Shown here piece by piece: positions 13,250 through 28,224 of a stretch of DNA of 64,000 bases. This stretch comes from Eledone cirrhosa (taxonomy: Eukaryota): assembly GCA_964016885.1 (NCBI GenBank), contig OZ024741.1, forward strand, positions 216,628,001 through 216,692,000, in the 5' to 3' direction. The notes beneath the pieces were generated by a model. The model saw nothing but the letters and a program-made list of their open reading frames with translations, had not been told where the DNA came from and ran no database searches. Numbering within the stretch: the first letter of the stretch is position 1; each line of letters opens with the position of its first letter. The position numbers and the translations under genes were made by a program.

Positions 13250-13887
13250 TCTATATATATAAAACTGTGGTTGTCTGTCTGTCTATCGATTTTTGGCACA
13301 CATCTCCTCTTAGAATCTCTCACGGAATTGCACCGAAATTGCTATACTTGTACATTGAGCCCTAGCGAAGACATCGGAAAAAAATATTTCAAATTGACCC
13401 GCCCTATCTGACGAAATCGAATATAATGTATCGATTTTTGAGCGTAAGTGATCAGTTATTTCCCTTTGTTCTGTTTACATTGAGCGTCTGCGTGCAAAAA
13501 TTAAAAAAATTACGCTGGTTTTCTCAGCGTTTAAAATGACATTAACACAATACACGAACACTTGTCGAGCGAGCAAAATTTTGACCTGCAAAATTCATCA
13601 GTTCGAACACTAAGCTTCCGTTTTGCTTCATTTCCATTTAAAAGCCTTTTAAAACAATATTTTTACTTGAAAACAAGTCTATTTAAAGACTACGTAAAAC
13701 AAGCAAATATTTCGTAAAAAAAAGCAAAAATTATATAAGTTTATTTAAAATATATGTATCTGTAAATTTCGTTAGGCGTGCAGACAGACAGTCGTGCAGA
13801 CAGACTTTAAGCCAAAAAAGAAACTTAACATTGTAACTTTAACACAGGTACTGAGCGACCCCGAGCAACGCCGGGCTTTACTGCTAG
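13250..13887 (+). mobile_element. Non-autonomous Helitron
   Basis: 5' TCTATATATATAAAA, (GTCT)n, 3' hairpin CCCGAGCAACGCCGGG then CTAG; inserted between A and T; 5' end shared with 41096. Confidence 0.8.
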
Positions 13888-13898
13888 TAAATAATATA

Positions 13899-14655
13899 AT
13901 TGTTTCTACTTTAGGCACAAGGCCAGCAATTATCCAGTACATTACTGGTACTTTATTTTATCGACCCCGTAAGTTAACCTCGGCGGGATTTGAACTCAGA
14001 CTGTAAAGGGACGTAACTTATAATATATACTATGTATAAATAAATATTTTGTATTTTTTATTTTACTATATTTATATATAATTGTTTCTACTTTTGGCAC
14101 AAGGCCAGCAATTACCCAGTACATTACTGGTACTTTATTTTATCGACCCCGTAAGGATGAAAGGCAAAGTTAACCTCGACGAGATTTGAACTCAGACCGT
14201 AATGGGGCGTAACTACGCTGGAAAGCATGGCGTCCAACCCTCTACTGATACTGCCAATTCACCGCCCTAATTTATATATATATTTATATATAATATGTAT
14301 CATTTTGTATTTAATATACTATTATATCATCTCTACCCCCACCCCACCCACTGCCTCCTTAGGCTCCAGTGCTAGTATTGTTTTGTTTTAAAACTGTACT
14401 AAAATATGTGTGTGTGTTTCTGTGAAGTATACCAGGTCCGAACACAAAGGGACTTAACTCCCACACTGTCACTGCGTCCGTCTCTCCCGCTCTACCCATC
14501 TCTCATTACCAGCAAAAGAGTTACGGCCCTTTGTGGTCTAAGTTCAAATCCCGCCGAGGTTAACTTTGCCTTTCATCCTTACGGGGTCGATAGTATAAAG
14601 TACCAGTAATGCACTGGGTAATTGCTGGCCTTGTTCCAAAAGTAGAAACAATTAT
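13899..14655. mobile_element. Cluster of three SINE copies (13899-14017 -, 14080-14267 -, 14515-14655 +)
   Basis: Consensus core and tail. Confidence 0.85.
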
Positions 14656-15280
14656 TATCATTAAGTTGGAACTTGGAATATTTGTCTATTAATGTGTATG
14701 TATTTTTATCTCATCCACACAGTTCATCTTGTTCCAAATAAAAACACATCATATCATCTCCACACAGACGTCGTGTAGTGTACAAACTTTGCTTATTTCA
14801 ACTTGTTATAAATATATTTCTTTAAGGAAATACCTGGTAGTTCATTAAAGTGCTGATTAACTTGTGATGGGAATATTTAGAAAAGGTTAAAACGAAAATA
14901 AGTAATGGAAAAAAGGTAGAAGGGGTAAAGAAGGGCAAAACTGGCTGTATAGGAAAGTAGAGGAAAGTACTATAAATGCCATAAATGTGAAGAAAAGGAG
15001 GGAAAGAACAAAGACTATAGAGGAAGAGCAAGCAAAAGTCTGAACATAAAATTGTGACGAAAGTTTTATAAATAAATATAAACACTTCAACCTTTTTGTT
15101 ACCATATTTCTAATGAAACACTGACTATGGTTTTCTAATATTTATTTAAATAGTCGTGAATTTGAAAGGATTTAGTAAAAAAAGATTTCTCGTTATTAAG
15201 CTGGTGAATGGAATATAACTTAACAAATATCTTTACATAAATTATGATGGAGAGAATGTTAAAAAATGCAAATAATTTAA

Positions 15281-15536
15281 CCCTTTTATTATCATATTTC
15301 TAATGAAAGACTGCTTATGGCTTTCAAAGAATTTTGAAAATAGTCAAGAACTTAAAGAGAAAATTGATATAACTACCTTTCTCAATATTGGGTTAGTGTG
15401 TGTGTAACATTACAAAGGTTCTTACATAAAATTATCTTGGAAGAGTTTTAGATAAATATAAACGTTTTAAAATATACAGATAAAGTTTTGTATTGTAGAA
15501 CCAGTCGTGGTTTCAGGTGGTTTAGTATCAAAAGGG
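15281..15536. mobile_element. piggyBac-like MITE
   Basis: TTAA at both ends; termini CCCTTTT...AAAAGGG; partial tandem copy at ~15088-15270. Confidence 0.55.
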
Positions 15537-15582
15537 TTAAAAGCCAACCCTAAAAACAACCAGTACAGGAGAATGAGAGAGG

Positions 15583-15648
<66 letters not shown>

Positions 15649-16217
15649 TAGTAAGTGTTTTATATACAAACATGTATTAGACCCAGCGAAACATTAACAG
15701 AATGAGAGCTAAACGATCGAATAGAACAGTTGACCTTTATTAAGCTTATTTACAACGAGAGCGAGAATCTTAACGAGAGTTTTACAAATAAACAGAAACA
15801 CTAATTTAGAGAATTGTTCCAACTTTGACAAGTGATGTATTTCTCTTGAGATGTTGACAGATGAACTTTCACATTCTTATCTACGACCTGCATTATTAGA
15901 TGATTGTTAATGTATCATATGTCTCTCTTTGTCTTCACCCTTCTTTGTTTCCCAGGGGAAAAGCTTTACGATGTCAGGCATAAACCCACAGAAGGTTCTC
16001 TGCCTTTGTTTGCTTGGATAGGAAGAAATTAAACGAAGGAAAACAAATTAGAAAGAAAGCGAAAATGATTGCTTAAGAAGATTCCACCTATGTGAGTATG
16101 TGTCTATAAAGGATAGGAAACTGCTCACAAAGAGTAAATATTTATAGACTACAGAGAGAGGGGGGAGCAGAGCGAGAGACACACACACATATATATACAT
16201 ATATATATGTGTGTGTG

Positions 16218-16255
<38 letters not shown>

Positions 16256-16263
16256 TATATATA

Positions 16264-16375
16264 TGCTCTGAGGAAACAGTGGTCACAGCATTGGATATTC
16301 GAGTTCTGCAAGTACTTGTGAATTTGCACGTAGCATAACTAGGCTGCAGTACCATCGTGGAAACACTTGTAAGCA
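16264..16375 (+). ncRNA. Type-I hammerhead ribozyme motif with extended stem II
   Basis: TGCT-CTGAGGA-[~85 nt]-GAAAC-ACTT-GTA^AGCA; second copy at 19718. Confidence 0.75.
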
Positions 16376-16423
16376 CACGGAATAAATTACCTTTTTATGA
16401 TGTCTACCTGTTATTATTCATTC

Positions 16424-16484
<61 letters not shown>

Positions 16485-16812
16485 TCTTGGCGCAAAATCA
16501 ATTTTTTACATTCACATGACCTCTACCGACCAATCAAAATTGTTTTGACCACAAGAATTTTTGCAAATTGGAGCCACTTTTTTAACATAAAAACAGGTAG
16601 AATTCCCAAAACTAATCAGATCAGAGCAAACAGCACGGACACTCTATCTCAAAATTATTTTTGAAAAGCATTTAGAAATGCGCAACCGGTAAAAACTTAA
16701 AAACTTAAAACCACAACTGAATACTAACCCATACAATCACTAATACTCTTTTATTCCTAATTAAACCATTTTTCAACTGTGAACAATTTGTCAGCATTTT
16801 CTATTCCGTTTA

Positions 16813-16888
<76 letters not shown>

Positions 16889-17119
16889 GGAGGTGAGTTT
16901 TATTGTAGTACAATAAAGCAATGCAGATATCGGATAAGTAGCACTCTACAGTTTGTAGGACTGGAGTATAAATAATATATAAGATCAAGTGTTTTTTAAC
17001 CTTCATATCATGTCTCCCTATTTTATCTGACGAAAACGCAAATGTCATCGCATGATGATATTTATTTTTGAAATGCGCATAATAAAATACATGGAACTCT
17101 TTTAACCATCTTTTGATCT

Positions 17120-17178
<59 letters not shown>

Positions 17179-17466
17179 GAAAAATGAAAAATTAGAAATA
17201 GAAGTTAGGACTATCCATCATCAGTAGTCTACTAGGCATTTCTTCGCATTACAGACAATATACCTCCACCTAGGGTGATTCAATAACTGAAATAAGTTAT
17301 TGGGATAAAAAGAGTCGGGTGAAGAAAGAGAAAGACATGTGAACAGACACGATGGGTGAGGCAACGTAAAGAGGGGATATATACATAGCTGTATGATCGA
17401 TTGAGAAACATATGTAATATGTTAATAAATATATTATGATGCAACACTGAATCCTTGTTACTTATA

Positions 17467-17535
<69 letters not shown>

Positions 17536-17579
17536 TTTAGGAATAACCAAAGAGTGCTTAGAAATACATTGTTTTATTT

Positions 17580-17624
17580 GCTAACAGTGTTTCATCCATA
17601 CCCTAGGGCAGGAATCATCAGAGC
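17580..17624 (-). ncRNA. Type-I hammerhead ribozyme motif
   Basis: Minus strand GCT-CTGATGA-TTCC...GGAT-GAAAC-ACT-GTT^AGC then AAATAAA. Confidence 0.72.
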
Positions 17625-18057
17625 CTATAAACAAAAGTATATCAAAGGTTGCAGGCTCCATCGAGCCTAGTCACCAGAACAAGGAAGAAGGACAAGTAGG
17701 GGGGCACACAATACATGATACATATAATGTCACAAAAAAATTACATCAAAATAAATTACATCATAAAAAATTACATCATAAAAAATTAGGACAAAAGTTT
17801 ATCACGTAAATGGTGCAATAGATAAGGAGGTTGAGAGAGGAGAGCAAGAAATGAATGAGGGTGTTACTCAGCATGATCAAAAAGCAAACGAAGCATAGAT
17901 ACATCAATTCATAAGCGGTGCAAGTACATGATTTACAGGCAGAGTATGAAAGCTTGTAAGCAGGAGTCAGTAAACAGAAAAGTTGGTTTTACAGGCAGGT
18001 GGTGTTGGTGGTAGTTGTAATAGTAATAGTAGTAGTAGTAGAGTGTTAGTAGTAGTA

Positions 18058-18096
<39 letters not shown>

Positions 18097-18449
18097 CAGA
18101 TTAAATGTAGTAGTACAGATTAAATGTTTAAGCTAAGAATTTCTACTTTCTCCCTAAGGGGTATCTTCAAAAGATCCCGCTTAATGTGAAAGCACAAATT
18201 CTTTGCTTAAACATTTAATCTGTACTAATAATAAATATTTCTCTACGGGTTTATATATACTTATATATATACAATTCTTATTGAGGGCTCTTCGGATTTT
18301 GGTCTCTGTATGTGTATATATATATATATTTATATATATGTGTGTATGTGTGTGTGTATGTATATGTATGTATATGTATATATATGTATATATACCTATA
18401 TATATATATATATGTATATATATGTATATATATGTATCTATACATATAT

Positions 18450-18503
<54 letters not shown>

Positions 18504-18598
18504 GTATATATATATATACAATGAGGTGTGGTAATAAGCCAGGTGGACCAAAACGCACCAGAGTACTAAAAACCAAGGGTAGTAGAGTGGGTAATAGG

Positions 18599-18710
18599 AA
18601 AATGTTCAAGACCCCGACGGCAGAGCTCACGCCGTTTCGACGGCTATTTCTGGTCCAGAAATAGCCGTCGAAACGGCGTGAGCTCTGCCGTCGGGGTCTT
18701 GAACATTTTC
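18599..18710. repeat. Near-perfect palindrome (~55-bp arms) at the end of a (TA)n-embedded element; partial HHR (GAAAC half)
   Basis: AATGTTCAAGACCCCGACGGCAGAGCTC...centre ~18654...GAGCTCTGCCGTCGGGGTCTTGAACATT; family also at 60880-61045. Confidence 0.9.
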
Positions 18711-18790
18711 ATATATGTATATATATATATGAGTGTGTGTATTTTTATATATGTGTGTGTTTGTGTGTGTGCAGAGAGAGAGAGAAGGAG

Positions 18791-18853
<63 letters not shown>

Positions 18854-19642
18854 GAAGGAGAGGAAGAGAGAGAATATTAAATGCAGCGAAGGCCAAATGT
18901 CGTTGTGTGTTATTTTATTTATATATCCATGATATAAATTTCGCCGAGGTCAACAACTAGGTAGTGCTATTCCTACCCAATCTCTCGGTCCGAGCTCGCC
19001 AGATGGTATAGAATAACTAGACAAACTACAACTTCGGCTTGTTCCATTTATACATGCCGTTGAGAGGTTCATTTAATCTGCATCACCCCTGACCGACTAG
19101 AGTGTGGATTACACAACCATTGCCATGGAAGATAAACAGAAATTGTGCTAGTTACACGGAATAAAATCGAAATACCCAAAGGTCTCCATATGACCCAATT
19201 CTAGATTCCAAATTCATGTGCTGACCTGACCCAAATAACCGAAAATACTCCACTTTTTAAAGGAAATTGTTTTTAAGGGATGGTCAAAAGGGTAGTGGCT
19301 ATTGAGATATTTGGAGAAGTAAATATCCAAAGAGTAAGTTGTCATATATATATAATGTATATATGTGTATACATATATATATATTAGGTATAGGATTATC
19401 CAGGATGTAGTACTGGTTAATTACTACACTGGATATGGTCGACGTACGGTAAGAGGTTACTCTACGAGTTATGGAAGAATTGTTGAAGAAACTTAGTTCC
19501 TGATCCTTCAGTATTCCGGAGCGTATATAAAGAATGAATAATTGTTTCTACTTTAGGCACAAGGCCAGCAATTACCCAGTGCATTACTGGTACTTTATTT
19601 TATCGACCCCGTAAGGATGAAAGGCAAAGTCAACCTCGGCGT

Positions 19643-19876
19643 AAAGATTGAATAATAACAGGTAGACATCATAAAAAGGTAATTTATTCCGTGTGCTTAC
19701 AAGTGTTTCCACCATTCTGCTCTGAGGAAACAGTGGTCACAGCATTGGATATTTGAGTTCTGCAAGTAGTTGTGAATTTGCACGTAGCATAACTAGGCTG
19801 CAGTACCACAGTGGAAACACTTGTAAGCACACGGAATAAATTACCTTTTTATGATGTCTACCTGTTATTATTCATT

Positions 19877-19880
<4 letters not shown>
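19643..19880 (+). mobile_element. Fold-back HHR micro-element (HHR at 19718-19829)
   Basis: 19643-19712 is the reverse complement of 19811-19880; truncated SINE inserted at 19540-19640; ends in (TA)n. Confidence 0.8.
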
Positions 19881-19974
<94 letters not shown>

Positions 19975-20040
19975 TTATTAAAATAGCAGATTAAAGTTTA
20001 AGCAAAGAATCGCTGCTTTCACCTTTAACGCGATCTTCTG

Positions 20041-20098
<58 letters not shown>

Positions 20099-20116
20099 AT
20101 ATATATAGGTAGATAT

Positions 20117-20181
<65 letters not shown>

Positions 20182-20258
20182 GTTAATAAATGAAACAAAA
20201 CGCAGGCGGTAAAATCACATAGTTATATTAGGTTCACACTTGGAGGAAGTTGGGGCGG

Positions 20259-20294
20259 TTTCAACATTTCGGACAGAACTCCTTCTTCAGGAAA
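20259..20294 (-). ncRNA. Minimal hammerhead ribozyme motif
   Basis: Minus strand TTTC-CTGAAGA-AGGA GTTCTG TCC-GAAAT-GTT^GAAA. Confidence 0.65.
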
Positions 20295-20459
20295 GTTCGA
20301 ATAAAGAGAGAACAGATAGACGTATGAGTAGTGTGAGAAGGTTAAGAAAAGAAGGTTAGGAAAATATATGTATATATATGTATATATACATATATATTTA
20401 TATATTTAACTTCTTTTCATAACCTTCTCTCACTCCTCATACGTCTATTTATCTATGTA

Positions 20460-20577
<118 letters not shown>

Positions 20578-20641
20578 CATAGATAGATAGACGTATGAAG
20601 AGTGAGAGAAGGTTATTATTATTACTATATATATATATAGG

Positions 20642-20679
<38 letters not shown>

Positions 20680-21229
20680 TATAGATATATACATTACACC
20701 ACACACCCACCTACCCCCCCCCCCCCCCCACACACACATATATATATATATATTAAGACTGGGGGAGAGAGAGTGAAACATAATAGCGATTCTAATTATT
20801 CTTCAAAAACGAAACCTAAATTAATTTATCAATTAGTTAACATTAATGACCTAATCAACGTTGTTTTCCTTAAGGAAATTAATAAAGTTTGGAAAATGTC
20901 AAATATAAAGAGTTATGGAACACCTATTAAGGTTCTTTCTTAATTTCTTCATGTTGTAATTTATATATGAATGTTTTGAAACCAGGCGTGGGCTGTAGTG
21001 AGGTATTTTGGCAGTAGTTGTCACAGTGTCCGATAGAATGGCTTGTGCTAGTCATTCTGCCTGGTAGTCATTTAATTCTACGTTCTGAGTTCAAAGTCCC
21101 ACCAAGGCCAACTTTGAATTTCAACCTTTTATCGTCGATGAATCCACCCCACTCCTTAGGACTACAAAAAAGCATAGCTAGGCTTTTTTTAATGCATTAT
21201 AAAAATGTTTTCCTAGATTACATAAATAC

Positions 21230-22680
21230 AGTCAGATCTTTAATCGACACACAATTAAACTTTCCTATTCGACAATCAAAAGTATAGCCCAGAATATAGC
21301 GAAAATTAACAATAGAAATCTGGAAATTAAACATAAGGAGATAACTCGTAATAGCAAACATAGGAACACTGATAGATTAAACAGCAACTCGAATAACAGG
21401 GATAACACCATTAACATAAATGAGATAAACCAACGGACACACAGACACAGGAGGGAACAATGAATGGTAACGTTAATAACTGCAATTGCAGAAATCATAA
21501 CAGTTGCCAAATGAAAAATAATTGTTTAGATAAAAATATTGTTTATGTATGTGAAGTAAAAACGAGTAGTAAGACTTATAAATATATTGGTACAACTTCT
21601 ACTAGATTTAAGGAAAGGTGGTACAACCATCGCCACTCATTTAAAAGAGCTGATAAAAGATCTTGCATGGCCTTGTCGGAACTGATTTGGTTGCTAAAAA
21701 ATAAACAAGTGGAATACTCCCTTTCTTGGTCAAAACTTTGACACGCTTTTCCCTATATAAATATATCTATATCTAGGGCCTGTGACCTCTGTACTACAGA
21801 GATTTTACACATCATAAATAGTAGGCATAACACGATTAATAAACGCTCTGAAATTTGTTATTCTTGTTTACACAAAATTAATAAGACATTTCGTAGAGTA
21901 GTTAGTTAAAACTTAAATAATTGTTTCTACTTTTAGCACAAGGCCAGCAATTATCCCAGTGCATTACTGGTACTTTATTTTATCGACCTCGTAAGGATGA
22001 AAGGCAAAGTTAACCTCGGCGGGATTTGAACTCAGACCCTAAAGGGACGTAACGCCATGCTTTGCAGCACGGCGTCCGACCCTCTACTGATAGTGCCAAT
22101 CCACCGCCCTTAAAAGTTAAATAATGTTAAATAGACCACAAAATAATTAATTAAACATTCATTAATAAATAGATACATTATAACATCAGCATCAAAGTAC
22201 AAATATCTAAAGTTAGAATTAGTATCTAATAAAATCTAGTATAAAAAAATCAAAATTAGACAATCAGTTTATACATGCCTCACTATGAATCAAGCGACCA
22301 ATCTGTTAACTTGATACCCTAGCCAATTTACAAGCAGCAACGCCAATTGGAATAACTATCTCCCGCACATATAAGAACTGTTACTTGAGAAATTCGGACA
22401 TATGCCTACTGGTCGGTGAAGCGAATAACATGCATGACCGTTAACATATCAATGAAATTTTACATCTCATTTAGATTTTTGTCTGAAGAGAACATGTAAG
22501 GCAGTTGTTATACAACTGCCTTACGTCTTTGAAATGCGTATAACAAAATAAATAGGGATGTACAAATGAAAACGTCTTTCTTGTTTATTATTATAATAAA
22601 ACTCTAGATGAACAAAAATCGTCGAATGCTTTACATCTGTTGAGAAAAAGTCGGCAGATTTTCAATCAACAGACTTTCTT
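21230..22680 (+). mobile_element. 5'-truncated Penelope-like element: GIY-YIG remnant plus 3' UTR with HHR
   Basis: CNCRNHNSC...CL..NIVYVCEV...YIGTT..RFKERWYNH, later CDLC..E; SINE inserted at 21918-22110; HHR at 22477-22548; ends at (TA)n. Confidence 0.85.
22477..22548 (+). ncRNA. Type-I hammerhead ribozyme motif with long perfect stem II
   Basis: TTTTGT-CTGAAGA-...GTAAGGCAGTTGT/ACAACTGCCTTAC...-GAAA-TGCGTA-TA^ACAAAA then TAAA. Confidence 0.75.
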
Positions 22681-22687
22681 CAATTGA

Positions 22688-22805
<118 letters not shown>

Positions 22806-23175
22806 AAAGTAAATAACAACAACGAGTACAGTTACGAAAGGTGTTAGGTATTAGGTTCTAATGGTTTCATATATAGGCACAAGGCCAGCAATTTTGGGGG
22901 AGGACGAAGTCGATTAAATCGACCCCAGTGCGTGAGTGGTACTTTATTTAATAGAACGCGTAAGGATGAAAGGAAAAGCTAATCTCGGCGGGATTTGAAC
23001 TCAGAACGTAAAGGACCATAACTCTATCTTGCATTCATTTATAGAGGTGTGACGCACGTTTCGCGATTGATCAGCTCAAGATTCCATCTGTAACGATCGG
23101 ACCCGACTCTGGAATCAATAGCTCGTCGAAATTCTGTTATGGTAATAACGTTACAATCCCTAAATACATATATAT

Positions 23176-23247
<72 letters not shown>

Positions 23248-23420
23248 CAGGTAGACGCGCTTCATCATCCACTTTTCTAAAAAATAAATCATACTCAAAA
23301 CGCGAGAACCAACAGTTTTGCGAGAGATGTCAACATGAATGGACCTGTTGTTTTTATCTAAAGACATTTTTTCCAATTACAACTCACCCGTCCCCTCAAT
23401 CTGCCTTATTTCTCATTCTT

Positions 23421-23456
23421 TCTTCTGATGAAGGACTAGCGTCCGAAACTTTAAGA
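23421..23456 (+). ncRNA. Minimal hammerhead ribozyme motif
   Basis: TCTT-CTGATGA-AGGAC TAGC GTCC-GAAAC-TTT-AAGA. Confidence 0.7.
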
Positions 23457-23482
23457 CCCTCTTCCTGCTGTTTCAAGTTTTA

Positions 23483-23790
<308 letters not shown>

Positions 23791-24729
23791 GTATATATAT
23801 AGGTGTGTGTGTGTGTAATATTGTATTATATTATACTATAACTTACGTTCATACACGGGACAAAGATATTACCCCCGGTTTCAAGGTACAAATTTGTCCA
23901 TATCTTCAGAAAACAAGAAGCATCAAAATAGTCATCTTTCTTCAGGCGCTATTACGAGTTTCTTAAAGAAAGGTCACTATTTTGATACCTTGTATATATG
24001 TGTATATATGTGCATATATATATATATGTCCGTGTGTGTGCGTGTTTGTTGTGTGTGTTTCTGTATGTTATTGTATGTGTTTGTGTGTGTATGTTTGTAT
24101 GTGTTTGCGTGTGTTCGTGTGTGTGTGCACAAAATAGTCACCTTTCTTCAGGCGCTATTACGAGTTTCTTGAAGAGAAGTCACTATTTTGATACCTTGTC
24201 GTATATATGTGTATATATGTGTATATATGTGTATATATGTGTATATATGTGTATGTGTGTTGGCTATGTGCAATGTTGATCAATTCACTAAAAATAGACT
24301 CGACCTCACTACCGGTACCAACCCTAAGTCCGTGTATCTCCGACGTACAGCAATTATTTGGCAAGTGTTCTGAAAAATATTTAATTTATGTTTCTATGAA
24401 ATTGAAAGTTTGACATATTGAATTAAGCGTTGCATTGAATATATTAAGTACTACAAATAAAATATTTCTTTAGAAAAAATAATTTTTACATAAATATATT
24501 ATTGGTTTGAATGTAGGGTGGATCACTTGCTGTCAAAATATTGTTTTGTTGTTGCAGACAAACTAGAGAATATCACACTAAAAATAAGTTTAATCAACAA
24601 TGAGTGGGGTGTAGATCATATTAACTATATCACGCTTATAAACCAGTTATGTACAGCGAATGTATTTTATTCAAAATAGCGGGCAGTGAATTAGGTGTAT
24701 CAGGAGAGCGACAAACAAAACAGTTTGTG

Positions 24730-25340
24730 GGCGGTGGATTGGCAGTATCGGTACAGGATCAGACGCCATGCTTTGTAACATGATCTGAGTTCAAATCCCG
24801 CCGAGATTAACTTTTCCTTTCATCCTTACAGGGTCGATAAAATAAAGTACCAGTAATACACTGGGATAATTGCTGGCCTTGTGCCAAAAAGTAGAAACAA
24901 TTATTGGATTGGCTGTATCAGTAGAGCATCAGATATCATGTTTTGTAGCATAGAGTAATGGCAATTTACGTTCTGAGTTCAAAACCCGCCGAGGTTAGCT
25001 TTGTCTTTCATCCTTACGGGGTCGATATAATAAAGTACCAGTAATGCACTGGTATAATTGCTGGCCTTGTGCCAAATTAGAAACAATTATTGGATTGGCT
25101 GTATCAGTAGAGCGTCAAACACTATGAGTAATAGCCCTTTACGTTCTGAGTTGAAATCCCGCTGAGGTTAACTTTGCCTTTCGATAAAATACACTGGCAA
25201 TACACTGGGATAATTGCTGGCCTTGTGCCAAAAGTAGAAACAATTATTGGATTGGCTGTATAAGAGCATCAGACATCATGTTTTGTAGCATAGAGTAATG
25301 GCAATTTACGTTCTGAGTTCAAATCCCGCCGAGGTTAGCT
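24730..25340 (+). mobile_element. Head-to-tail array of four SINE copies
   Basis: Units start ~24730, 24905, 25091, 25248, joined by ACAATTATTGG(G)ATTGGC. Confidence 0.88.
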
Positions 25341-25409
25341 ACTATATATACTAAGTATCATGTAATATGCAGGAAAATTACGTTTCTCAGTAGAAAAGCT
25401 CAATAATTT

Positions 25410-25522
25410 ATAAGATATAGTGTTTTCTACATAAGATATAGTGTTTTCTACATAAGATATAGTGTTTTCTACATAAGATATAGTGTTTTCTACATAAGAT
25501 ATAGTGTTTTCTACATAAGATA
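25410..25522. repeat. 21-bp tandem repeat (ATAAGATATAGTGTTTTCTAC), ~5 copies
   Basis: Direct reading; no spacers. Confidence 0.95.
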
Positions 25523-25607
25523 TAAAGCATAAATCTCATTTCATATCTTTTATCTCTAACATCTCTGTCTGACGACCGATCCAGACGTATATTATTATTA
25601 TCGTCTG

Positions 25608-25793
25608 GGCAGTGGATTGGCAGTATCGGTAGAGAGTCGGACACCATGCTTTGAAGCATAGAGTTACGTCCCTTTATGATCTGAGTTCAAATTCCGCCGA
25701 GGTTAACTTTGCCTTTCATCCTTACGAGGTCGATAAAATAAAGTACCAGTAATGTACTGGGTAATTGCTGGCCTTGTGCCAAAAGCAGAAACA
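25608..25793 (+). mobile_element. SINE inserted into stem II of an HHR element
   Basis: 17-bp TSD ATTATTATTATCRTCTG; uninterrupted homologue on the minus strand at 36228-36320. Confidence 0.88.
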
Positions 25794-26100
25794 ATTATTA
25801 TTATCATCTGTGATCCAGAAACCTTTGGTAATGGAGTAGTTATATTTTGTGTTGTTCACTTTCTAATTAAATATATATAAAGCATATGTTTTAGGAAAAA
25901 GAAAATACTTTACGGCGGAAAGTCTCTTTGTTATACCTTAAATTATGGACTTTTGGCTAAATATAGACTTTATATGTATCTACAGATACTATGTGTTTCT
26001 CTAACGATATATGGCTCTCTATAAACATATACTTGAATTATATATATATATATGTGTGTGTGCGTGTGTGTGTGTGTTAATGTGTGTGTTTGTGTGTGTT

Positions 26101-26132
<32 letters not shown>

Positions 26133-26399
26133 ATCGTGTGTGTGTGTTTGTGTATGTGTGTGTTTGTATGTATTTGTGTGTGTGATCGTGTGTTTGTGTG
26201 TATGTTTGTATGTGTTTGTGTGTGTGTGATCGTGTGTGTGTGTTTGTGTGTGTTTGTGTGTGTGTTTGTATGTGCTTGTGTGTGTGATTGTATGTATGTG
26301 TGTGTGTGTGTTTGTGTATGTGTGTGTTTGTGTGTGTGCATGTGTGTGTGTGTGTGTACGCACGCAAATATAAATAGATGTTATAGAAACCGTGGTGTA

Positions 26400-26575
26400 G
26401 AGATATAACCGTGCGAGAAAATGATTTCTTCGACTTATTCCTGAGAAGGTGCGTGTGGGCAGATTCCTCAAACATTCCTTCCAATGGGTCCTGTCAGAAG
26501 CAACCCTCCCCAACTGATCCGGCTTGATCCCCAAGCGAGAACGGCCAAGCTCATGGATGTTATCCAATCATCTTG
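26400..26575 (-). mobile_element. RTE-like LINE extreme 3' fragment
   Basis: WMDNIHE...VASDRTHWK matches the typical W.D.I...A.DR..W end of RTE ORFs. Confidence 0.55.
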
Positions 26576-26946
26576 TAAGTCATAAAATCAAATCTGGTTG
26601 TGTCATGGAGTGTTGGAAGCAGGTGTTTGGTTGAATGATTAGCGATACAGGTAAAAGGATGATTGATGCGGAAAAAGGGTGATTGATGAGGACGCAATAT
26701 TCATCGATTAGTAGACATAAAAATAATATCCAAAATTTCAATGATATCCCACCTCTGTTAAACTTTGTTGCATTTAATTGGTTCGTAAAATTTTCTGTGG
26801 CAGTATATTAAATCGTTTAGCTTAGCTTTCAAAAATATATTGCGAGAAGTAAAATTGGGTATGCTAAATATTATAAAAAGCCGGTAAAAGACAGACAGAC
26901 AAACAAATCAACGTAAACGAAGGCATGCAGACGCATACCACCTCCC

Positions 26947-27007
<61 letters not shown>

Positions 27008-27186
27008 CTAGACCACCCGTGACCCGTTGGGTCACGTTCACTTCAAAATATTTTTTTAAAATCATGTTCACTTAAAAATAATTTTTAAATAATTAAAATA
27101 TACACAGACATATAATGGGAAATGAAACTGGAAGGCCCATATATATACGTGTGTGTATGTATATATATAAATGTGTGTGTTCACAA

Positions 27187-27276
<90 letters not shown>

Positions 27277-27727
27277 ACTGCGAAACCGGTAAAGGGACCA
27301 AATAAATATATATATTTTTTTTAAAAATAAGACTCCAGTTGCATTTTCGATTTCATCTCTTTTTCCTTATACTTTCACTCGTGTAGGACACCTCGGTTAT
27401 TTTTCATTTTGTAAAAAAACCTCACTTTTTAATATATATATATATATTTATTTATTTATTAAAATAACAGATTAAGGGTGAAAGCAGCGATTCTTTGTTT
27501 AATCTGTTATTTTAATAAATATTTGCTCTACGGTTCTTATATATTTGATATATATATTTATCCTTATCGAGCCCTCTTTGGATTTTAGTCTTCAAATTTA
27601 TTATTATTACTATATATATATATATATACATACATATATGTATGTTTGTGTATATATATGTAGGTGTCTGTGATCTATATGCACTGGTCATAGACACACA
27701 AACAGACATATAAACACACATATATAT

Positions 27728-27770
<43 letters not shown>

Positions 27771-28224
27771 ACAACACCACCAGCTCTCTTCCATTCTCCT
27801 CTGTCTCCTCTCCCTCTCTCTATATCTCTCTTTCAATCGATTCTCTCACAACCACTATCTCTTTCTCTCTATCCTTCTCTCTCTCTATTTATGAAGGTAC
27901 CCGGAAAAACCCATATCTCGGGAACCCGTAGTCCGATTTACGCGAAACTTGTTTTATTCCATTTGTATTCCCATTTCAGAGACAACTTCCTTTCAAAGTA
28001 TTTTCCCATGATGCACTCCTTTGGCTGCATTACATTACAGACAAGCAAGCAAGCAAGCAATCAGAGACTTTTAGTAATATATATATATTATGAATGAATG
28101 AAACAGTTCTAGTCCTGTAGAAGCTCTTCTTTATTAAAACTTTTATACTCTGCTATTTATTGAGTACCTTACTCACTGTGGTTACCTCCGATTCAACCCG
28201 GGAAAAGTTATATATATATATATA

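Noticed and set aside
25410-25522. Short regularly repeated 21-mer as a CRISPR or iteron array
   Set aside because: Simple tandem duplication without spacers
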